From the NCBI GenBank assembly GCA_964509645.1, contig CAZDXV010000001.1, positions 81,890 through 131,918 of the forward strand: a DNA stretch of 50,029 nt. The letters are read 5' to 3'. Source of the stretch: an uncultured Candidatus Saccharibacteria bacterium (lineage in GTDB: Bacteria; Patescibacteriota; Minisyncoccia; Minisyncoccales; GWA2-38-27). The notes under the pieces are model-generated. The model did not search any database and was not told where the DNA came from. It saw only the letters and a list, made by a program, of their open reading frames with translations. Below, piece by piece: positions 44,263 through 50,029 of this stretch. Every line of letters begins with the position of its first letter. The first letter of the stretch is position 1. Made by a program: the position numbers and the translations under genes.

Positions 44263-45891
44263 ATGACTCAAGAACAGGCATTAAATATATTAAAGCTTGG
44301 ATATAATGTATTTTTAACAGGCGCTCCCGGAAGCGGGAAAACTTTTCTGTTAAATAAATACATTGATTATTTAAAAGATAACGGAAAAGGCGCAGCAATT
44401 ACAGCTTCTACGGGTATTGCCGCTACTCATATGGGAGGAGTAACAATACATTCTTTTACGGGTATGGGCATTAAAGAAAGCTTAAATGATGGAGATATTA
44501 GGAAATTACAGAGAAGGCCTTATCTTAGAAAAAGATTTCGGAAAACCAATGTTCTTGTAATTGATGAAATTTCAATGCTTCATAGCTTTCAATTTGACTT
44601 GATTGACCGGATTTGTCGGGCTTTTAAAAACAGATTGAAGCCCTTTGGCGGAATGCAGGTTGTTTGTTCCGGGGATTTGTTTCAGCTTCCTCCAGTTCAA
44701 AAAACAAGGGAAACAGCTCATTTTGTTGTTGAGTCGGAAGCATGGAAGAATATGGGTATAAAGGTTTGCTACTTAGAAGGGCAGTATCGCCAGAAAGGAG
44801 GAGACTTATCTCTTTTGCTTAACTGTATTCGCAATAATGCAGTTGAAGAGGCAAGGGCGATATTGTTTAATGTAAAGCGCGAAAAAGGCGCTTTCTCTAT
44901 TGCTCCGACAAAATTATACACCCATAATATAGATGTGGATATTATTAATAATGCTGAATTGAGCAAAATAGACGAAAAGGAATTCGTCTATTATATGCAT
45001 TCAAGGGGCAATGAAAAGATTGCTTCTTTTTTGCGAAAGAATTGTTTGGCTCCCGAAGAATTAGTGCTTAAAAGGGGAGCTAAGGTAATGTTTGTAAAAA
45101 ATAACTTTGATGAAGGTTATGTTAACGGCACCTTGGGTAAAGTGATAGACTTTGACGAAGGAGGTCTGCCGGTTGTAAAAACATTTTCTGGCAATCATAT
45201 TGTCGCTGACTCTGCAAGATGGACGCTTGAAGAAGACGGGCAAGTTAAAGCTGAGGTCAGTCAAATTCCTCTTCGCCCTGCCTGGGCGATAACAGTCCAT
45301 AAAAGCCAGGGTATGAATCTTGATGCTGCGGAAATTGATCTTTCTAAGTCCTTTATTAGGGGTATGGGCTATGTTGCCTTATCTCGATTAAGACAATTTT
45401 CCGGATTAAAGCTTTTAGGGATTAACGAAACAGCTCTTTTAATAAATCAAGAGATATTAGAATTAGATAAAACCTTTAAGCAAATGTCTAAAAAAGCAGT
45501 TAAAGAGCTTGAGAGTTTCTCTTATGAGAAAAAAGAAAAAGAGCAAAGAAAGTTTCTGTCTTCTTTGCCTGAAAGTGGAAAGGGCAAAAGGAAAAATCAT
45601 ATTTCTACCCACAAACAAACCAAATCTCTTATTGAGGATAAATTATCCATAAAAGAGATTGCCAAAAAGAGAGGTCTGAATGAAAATACTATTTTGCAGC
45701 ATTTAGAGAAAATGGTAGCTAACGGAGAAAGGATTGATTTAGAATACTTAAAAATGCCAGAAGAGCGTTTTGAGCAGATAAAAACGGCATTTGAAGAGAT
45801 AGGAGATTATAAATTAAAACCGGTGCGGGAAGTTCTTGGACAAGGTTTTTCTTATCAAGAATTAAGATTAGCTCGCTTATTTATCCAATAA
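44263..45891 (+). CDS. PIF1/RecD-like SF1B DNA helicase with a C-terminal HTH/HRDC-like tail
   Basis: VFLTGAPGSGKTF (Walker A), VLVIDEISM (Walker B), GDLFQLPPV, ITVHKSQG. The C-terminal LSIKEIAKKRGLNENTILQHLEKM block is typical of Pif1-family helix-turn-helix tails. Confidence 0.85.
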   Translation: MTQEQALNILKLGYNVFLTGAPGSGKTFLLNKYIDYLKDNGKGAAITASTGIAATHMGGVTIHSFTGMGIKESLNDGDIRKLQRRPYLRKRFRKTNVLVIDEISMLHSFQFDLIDRICRAFKNRLKPFGGMQVVCSGDLFQLPPVQKTRETAHFVVESEAWKNMGIKVCYLEGQYRQKGGDLSLLLNCIRNNAVEEARAILFNVKREKGAFSIAPTKLYTHNIDVDIINNAELSKIDEKEFVYYMHSRGNEKIASFLRKNCLAPEELVLKRGAKVMFVKNNFDEGYVNGTLGKVIDFDEGGLPVVKTFSGNHIVADSARWTLEEDGQVKAEVSQIPLRPAWAITVHKSQGMNLDAAEIDLSKSFIRGMGYVALSRLRQFSGLKLLGINETALLINQEILELDKTFKQMSKKAVKELESFSYEKKEKEQRKFLSSLPESGKGKRKNHISTHKQTKSLIEDKLSIKEIAKKRGLNENTILQHLEKMVANGERIDLEYLKMPEERFEQIKTAFEEIGDYKLKPVREVLGQGFSYQELRLARLFIQ

Positions 45892-45915
45892 TTTTTAGAA
45901 AAAGAAAATTTAATT

Positions 45916-46052
45916 ATGGAAAACAAACCAAAAGTCGGAATCGAGTAATGATTTTTAAAGACAGAAAAATCCTTTTAGGAAATATAGGAAGAGAGAAGGA
46001 TTTAAAAGATATTGAGCTGGTAAAGAACTATTTAAAGAATATAGAGCAATAA
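45916..46052 (+). pseudogene. Degraded remnant of a NUDIX hydrolase gene
   Basis: MENKPKVGIE-stop, then in another frame VMIFKDRKILLGN... Together these mimic the usual NUDIX N-terminus KPKVGIGVMIFKDGKILLGKR. The Nudix box itself is absent. Confidence 0.4.
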
Positions 46053-46154
46053 AAGTTTACTCTTTTTTGGAGCTGTAGATCTTCTTTAAACATAAGAAGA
46101 TTTTGTTTTTGCATAATAAAATATGATAGAATAAAGAAAAATAACTATAAAATT

Positions 46155-47072
46155 ATGAAGAACAAAATTACTATCATTGGGGCCGGTTTAGTAGGAAGCA
46201 CTACAGCTTACAGTTTAATTTCTACTGACATAACGGAAGAAATTGCTTTGATTGACGTTAAAAAGAAATTAGTTGAGTCTCAGGTAATGGACCTTCAGCA
46301 CTCGGTTCCTTTCTGGGGCTATACAAACGTTAAAGTGGGTACATATCAAGACATAAAAGACAGCAAGATTGCAATTATTTGTTGCGGAGCTGCTCAAAAA
46401 CCAGGAGAAACTCGGCTGGATTTACTTAAAAAGAATAGTCTTATTATTAAGGAAGTGGTTTCTAAAGTTTTTAATTTGAATCCAGATATAATTGTTCTTA
46501 TGGTAACCAACCCCGTAGATATTTTAACTTATCTTTCAATAAAGATGTTTCCTCAAAAAAAGAACAAGATTTTCGGTTCGGGAACAATATTAGACTCTGC
46601 CCGCTTCCGTTTGCTTTTAAGCCAGTATTTAAAAGTTAATCCAAAAAGTATTCATGCCTATATAGTAGGAGAGCATGGAGACAGCGAGCTTCCTCTATGG
46701 AGCACAGCAAGCATAGGCAATGCTCCCATTGATAAATTTAAGAAAATTTCTGCTCAAAAGAAGGAAGAGATCTTTAATGAGGCAAAGAACGCAGCCTATG
46801 CTATTATTGAAGGAAAACAGGCTACTTATTACGCTATTTCAGCAGGAGTTACTTCTATAGCGAAAGCTGTTCTTTTCGATAAGAGAACGGTTTTGCCAGT
46901 TTCTTATCTATTGCAAGGAGAATACGGGATTAAAGATATCTGTCTTAGTGTGCCTACTGTTGTTGGCAAAGAAGGAATAGTTGGCAGAATCGAACTTGAT
47001 ATTTCAAAGAAAGAAAAGAGTTTGCTTAAAAAATCAGCTAAGAAATTGAAAGAGGTTGCAGAGGAGATATAA
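46155..47072 (+). CDS. ldh: L-lactate dehydrogenase
   Basis: ITIIGAGLVGS (NAD-binding), GAAQKPGETRLDL (Gln at the LDH/MDH discriminator position, so LDH), VTNPVD, GEHGDS. Confidence 0.88.
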   Translation: MKNKITIIGAGLVGSTTAYSLISTDITEEIALIDVKKKLVESQVMDLQHSVPFWGYTNVKVGTYQDIKDSKIAIICCGAAQKPGETRLDLLKKNSLIIKEVVSKVFNLNPDIIVLMVTNPVDILTYLSIKMFPQKKNKIFGSGTILDSARFRLLLSQYLKVNPKSIHAYIVGEHGDSELPLWSTASIGNAPIDKFKKISAQKKEEIFNEAKNAAYAIIEGKQATYYAISAGVTSIAKAVLFDKRTVLPVSYLLQGEYGIKDICLSVPTVVGKEGIVGRIELDISKKEKSLLKKSAKKLKEVAEEI

Positions 47073-47137
47073 ATGATTGGCTTTGTTTTCGGGTCAAAGA
47101 GCCTGACTTCTTTGTATAATAGTGTTAATATTTAATT

Positions 47138-47827
47138 ATGGAGAAACTGGAAAGGATTGTAAAAATCTTAAAAACAGACTTTGTTACTCACGACGTAAAA
47201 AGGTTTGTTTTGATTAAACCGGAAGATTTAGAGTTTGTCTCGGGCCAGGCAGCTCATATTTCAATTAATGAAGGAAAATGGAAGAGCGAAGAGAGGCCTT
47301 TTACATTTACTTCTTTAAATGAGGATTTAGTATTAGAGTTTATCATAAAGGGTTACCCTGAACATAAGGGAGTTACTCAAAAACTTCATAGTTTAGCTTC
47401 AGGAGACGAATTGATTCTAAAAGATGTATTTGGAACTATAAATTATAAAGGAAAGGGGACTTTTATTGCAGGAGGAGCTGGAATTACTCCTTTTATAGCT
47501 ATTCTAAGACAGTTGAGAAGAGAGGGGAGTTTAGAAGGAAACAGGTTGTTTTTTTCTAACAAAAAAGAAGAAGATATTATTTTAGAAAAAGAATTTAAGG
47601 ATATGTTTAAGGAGAATTCTGCTGATTTAGTTTTAACTCTTACGGAAGAAAGCAAAGAAGGATATGAGAATAAGCTGATAGATAAAAACTTTATTGAAAA
47701 ATATATTAAGGATTTTAATCAAAACTTCTATTTATGCGGTCCTCCTAAAATGGTAGAGGACTTAACTGAAGTACTAAAGGATCTTGGAGCGGGTGTAGAT
47801 TCTTTGGTATTTGAAGGCAAAAAGTAG
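47138..47827 (+). CDS. FNR-like FAD/NAD(P)-binding oxidoreductase
   Basis: RPFTFTS (RxYS-type FAD motif), GGAGITPF (NAD(P) binding), YLCGPPKM. Confidence 0.75.
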   Translation: MEKLERIVKILKTDFVTHDVKRFVLIKPEDLEFVSGQAAHISINEGKWKSEERPFTFTSLNEDLVLEFIIKGYPEHKGVTQKLHSLASGDELILKDVFGTINYKGKGTFIAGGAGITPFIAILRQLRREGSLEGNRLFFSNKKEEDIILEKEFKDMFKENSADLVLTLTEESKEGYENKLIDKNFIEKYIKDFNQNFYLCGPPKMVEDLTEVLKDLGAGVDSLVFEGKK

Positions 47828-47852
47828 TGTTTATTTTACTAAGGTATTAAAG

Positions 47853-47897
47853 GTTAACTATCGACAGTTATGTTAACTTAAGTTAACATAGGTTAAC
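47853..47897. promoter_or_regulatory. Operator-like array of four GTTAAC hexamers including a perfect 20-bp palindrome
   Basis: GTTAAC at 47853, 47872, 47882 and 47892 (the last three at 10-bp phasing). atgttaactt|aagttaacat at 47870-47889 is a perfect palindrome. It ends 9 nt before the ATG of the HTH gene. Confidence 0.55.
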
Positions 47898-47905
47898 TTT
47901 AGATT

Positions 47906-48163
47906 ATGAATAAAGAATTCTTTTCTACAACTGAATTAGCTGAACTTCTTGGTATAAGCAGGATAGCTGTTTACAAGAGAATCAAAAAGGGAAAAATCAA
48001 GGCTAAAAAAATAGCCGGTAATTATGTTATAGAAAGAAAAGACCTTGGAGGTATTTTAGACAAAGAGTTTACCGATAAAGATAAGAAAGAAATAGAGGAG
48101 GTGGTAAAAAAGACAGTCGAAGAATACGGTGAAACCTTGGAATTGCTAGGTAAAAATGATTGA
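47906..48163 (+). CDS. Excisionase/MerR-type helix-turn-helix DNA-binding protein
   Basis: FSTTELAELLGISRIAVYKRIKKGKIKAKKIAGNYVIERKDL is the 'excisionase family DNA binding domain' pattern. Confidence 0.75.
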   Translation: MNKEFFSTTELAELLGISRIAVYKRIKKGKIKAKKIAGNYVIERKDLGGILDKEFTDKDKKEIEEVVKKTVEEYGETLELLGKND

Positions 48164-48313
48164 AACAGTTTCCCTGAATATATTGCTTTCATTCTGGCAA
48201 AGTATTTTCAGTCGGCAATGTCTATGCTTAACTTCTATATCAATAGAGTGGGGGAGAGCCTTCCTTCAGATAAGAAGAAGATGTTAGAAAGAAGTAGTCC
48301 TCCTGTTTTTTGA
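48164..48313 (+). pseudogene. C-terminal remnant of a DUF3175-like gene
   Basis: The translation ...AKYFQSAMSMLNFYINRVGESLPSDKKKMLERS matches my memory of the conserved DUF3175 C-terminus (SAMSML-x-FYINRAGK-x-L). It has no start codon and begins right after the TGA of the HTH gene, in the same frame. Confidence 0.4.
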
Positions 48314-48455
48314 TTTTTATTCCTTGTGTAGTAGGCTTTTCAAAATAGAAAGGTGAGAGATGTTTCCTTTTTATTGACTTGAAAAGTTATTGTGTTAAGC
48401 TTGTATATGCACTTTAACATCTTAAATGGACAAGAAGATATGAAAGGAGAGACCC

Positions 48456-48941
48456 ATGGAGTCGAAAGTGGGAGGCAGCAGGATTTTAGTCATTATTGCC
48501 GGGCTGATTTTGGGAGCTATTTTAGGAATGTGGATCTATGGCTTTGAAGGAATGTTTCTTGCCTTTGGCCCTTGGTGGGAGATTGAAGATAATAAACCAC
48601 CCCCAGAGGAGATAAGAACAGCTTTCTTTGCAGATGTATGCTGGTACGGTCTTTCATCTGGCTTGATAGTGGGGTTTATAGCGGGTTTAGTTTTCCCCTT
48701 TTTGAGTTCGACAGGCCATATGGCAAAGAGCATAGGTTGTACTTTGTTTCTTGTTATTACTCCTCTAGTTTGGTGGACCCAGGGGCATAATCTTGCTTAT
48801 ATGGGAGCTGGATTCATAACTTTATCAGTTTTAGGGACCTTGATTGTTTTTCTATTTACGATTCCAATAAGCGGCTTTTTCGGATCTGTAATAGAACCTC
48901 TTCTGAAAGAAAAGGGAATAAGAATCAGAGAGGAGGCGTAA
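48456..48941 (+). CDS. Hypothetical polytopic membrane protein
   Basis: 161 aa with 4 hydrophobic segments. SD aaaggagag upstream. The stop lies 1 nt before the next ATG. Confidence 0.55.
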   Translation: MESKVGGSRILVIIAGLILGAILGMWIYGFEGMFLAFGPWWEIEDNKPPPEEIRTAFFADVCWYGLSSGLIVGFIAGLVFPFLSSTGHMAKSIGCTLFLVITPLVWWTQGHNLAYMGAGFITLSVLGTLIVFLFTIPISGFFGSVIEPLLKEKGIRIREEA

Positions 48942-48942
48942 C

Positions 48943-49956
48943 ATGAACAAGGCCAACGTTGTCTTTTATTCTCTTGTTTTTATTGGCAATCTGTTGATAG
49001 CCACAGAGTGGGCAAAGTACGGCATTCTGGAGATCGGAATTCAAAGACCGGCTAACAAAAGGGCTTTTCTCGGTTTATTTTTCGGAATTTCTGCAATGTT
49101 TTTTTCTATAATTCTTGATAAGTACTACGAGATCAACCCTTACCAGTCTTCCTACAAAGTTTATGTTATTTTTGTGGTTCTCGGGGTTCCTCTTGTCTGG
49201 CTTCTTTTTTTCAGATATGTTTTAATCCCTAAGGGTCTTTTTGATTTTAACAAAGCCCGCACAAGAACAGTTTACTGGGCTTTGAGCAATTACCGCCCCG
49301 GTGTTAAAAACGACGAAGAGAAAGCCAGGAACCTAAGAGAGTTTGGATTTGCTCAGGACGCTTTAAGAAGGTTTAAAAAAGCGATTAAACTTCAGGGAAG
49401 AGGAGATTTGGTTCATAGAGTGGAGAAAACTCTTCAGCTTACAGACAACTTCTGCGATTACTACGATTACTACAGGATTAGTTGTCCTGTTTGCCCTTCA
49501 CCCATTAATCTTCCCAAGGTAAGAAGTCATAACTTTTCCGGTGCCTGTAATATGTGCGGTTCTTTTGTAACAGCTAGAATTGAAGGATATAAAGTCTTTC
49601 TGGCAGCCGATCTTACTAGGTCTATTCGTTCTCCTAACAAGGGAAATTGGTATAATGTTGCCGTAGCTTACGAAGAAATGGCTTGGCTTTACAGAATGAT
49701 GAATATGTTTGATGAAGCTTTGGAAGCTCTAGAAAAAGCTATGGATATAGCAGAGGATCTCTTAAAAAGGAGTCCCAGAACAGAGAAATATCTTTCTTTA
49801 AAAAGCCTGATTATTTTCAGGAGAGCTGAGATAAACCATATTCTAGGAAATGTTGAAAGAGCAAGAGAAGAATATAAGGAGAGTCTTTCCTTGGACAGGG
49901 AATTAAAGAATGAGGAAGGCATAGAGACTATCGAATATTTACTCAATCAATTATAA
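48943..49956 (+). CDS. Membrane-anchored protein with a zinc ribbon and TPR-like repeats (hypothetical)
   Basis: N-terminal TM segments, CPVCPSP...CNMCGS Cys pairs, and C-terminal helical repeats (AVAYEEMAWLYRMMNMFDEALEALEKAMDIAE). Confidence 0.55.
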   Translation: MNKANVVFYSLVFIGNLLIATEWAKYGILEIGIQRPANKRAFLGLFFGISAMFFSIILDKYYEINPYQSSYKVYVIFVVLGVPLVWLLFFRYVLIPKGLFDFNKARTRTVYWALSNYRPGVKNDEEKARNLREFGFAQDALRRFKKAIKLQGRGDLVHRVEKTLQLTDNFCDYYDYYRISCPVCPSPINLPKVRSHNFSGACNMCGSFVTARIEGYKVFLAADLTRSIRSPNKGNWYNVAVAYEEMAWLYRMMNMFDEALEALEKAMDIAEDLLKRSPRTEKYLSLKSLIIFRRAEINHILGNVERAREEYKESLSLDRELKNEEGIETIEYLLNQL

Positions 49957-49978
49957 CGGAGCTTCGGCTCCGTTTTTA
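49956..49978 (+). terminator. Intrinsic terminator
   Basis: acggagc-ttcg-gctccgt followed by a T-run. Confidence 0.75.
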
Positions 49979-50029
49979 TTTGACAAAGATTAATTAGAGA
50001 TGTATTTTTAACTTAGTAGCTTTCAAGTA

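Noticed and set aside
48161-48163. Possible UGA read-through or recoding (table 25) joining the HTH gene to the DUF3175-like tail.
   Set aside because: The genome encodes RF2 with a UGA-dependent frameshift, and many genes in the window end in TGA. The HTH family is normally about 85-90 aa and ends here.

Overview
The window looks like an AT-rich, tightly packed bacterial genome. Gene content and style suggest a Patescibacteria/CPR-type organism, but that is an inference and no search was run.

About 60% is a plus-strand housekeeping backbone:
- Envelope and division: capD-like (5'-partial), murB, murJ, ftsB-like, ftsE/ftsX.
- Secretion: secA, secD/secF.
- Translation and RNA: hpf, lepA, RNase HI, prfB with its classic CUU-UGA-C +1 frameshift (so UGA is a stop here, code 11).
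- Other: a cold-shock protein, pgk, a RecJ-like DHH protein, ldh.
- RNA genes: RNase P RNA (minus strand), tRNA-Gly(CCC), tRNA-Thr(CGU), tRNA-Gln(CUG).
- Many clean intrinsic terminators.

The sequence becomes visibly more AT-rich and accessory-like directly after tRNA-Gln (about 26.8 kb onward).

The most notable items:
1. A six-gene operon at 37.4-44.0 kb. It encodes three radical-SAM enzymes (one fused to a TatD-like domain in which every metal ligand I can align is substituted), a Cys-rich U32-like protein, a TehB-like methyltransferase and an APH-type kinase. No precursor-peptide ORF is visible. It sits next to an archaeal-type AspRS. The whole 9.1 kb block is bracketed by perfect 29-bp direct repeats.
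2. A convergent type II restriction-modification pair at 30.7-33.5 kb. Its N6-adenine methyltransferase is fused in frame to a complete LexA repressor (HTH, Ala-Gly cleavage site, Ser/Lys dyad), and a GAAAAC-N5-GTTTTC palindrome lies in its promoter.
3. Smaller items: toxin-antitoxin/HEPN elements, a nested inverted-repeat RNA-like leader, two GC-rich foreign-looking patches, several gene remnants, and a CPR-style pairing of a membrane protein with a VirD4-like ATPase.

All family assignments rest on motifs read by eye from the translations. No database search was possible.
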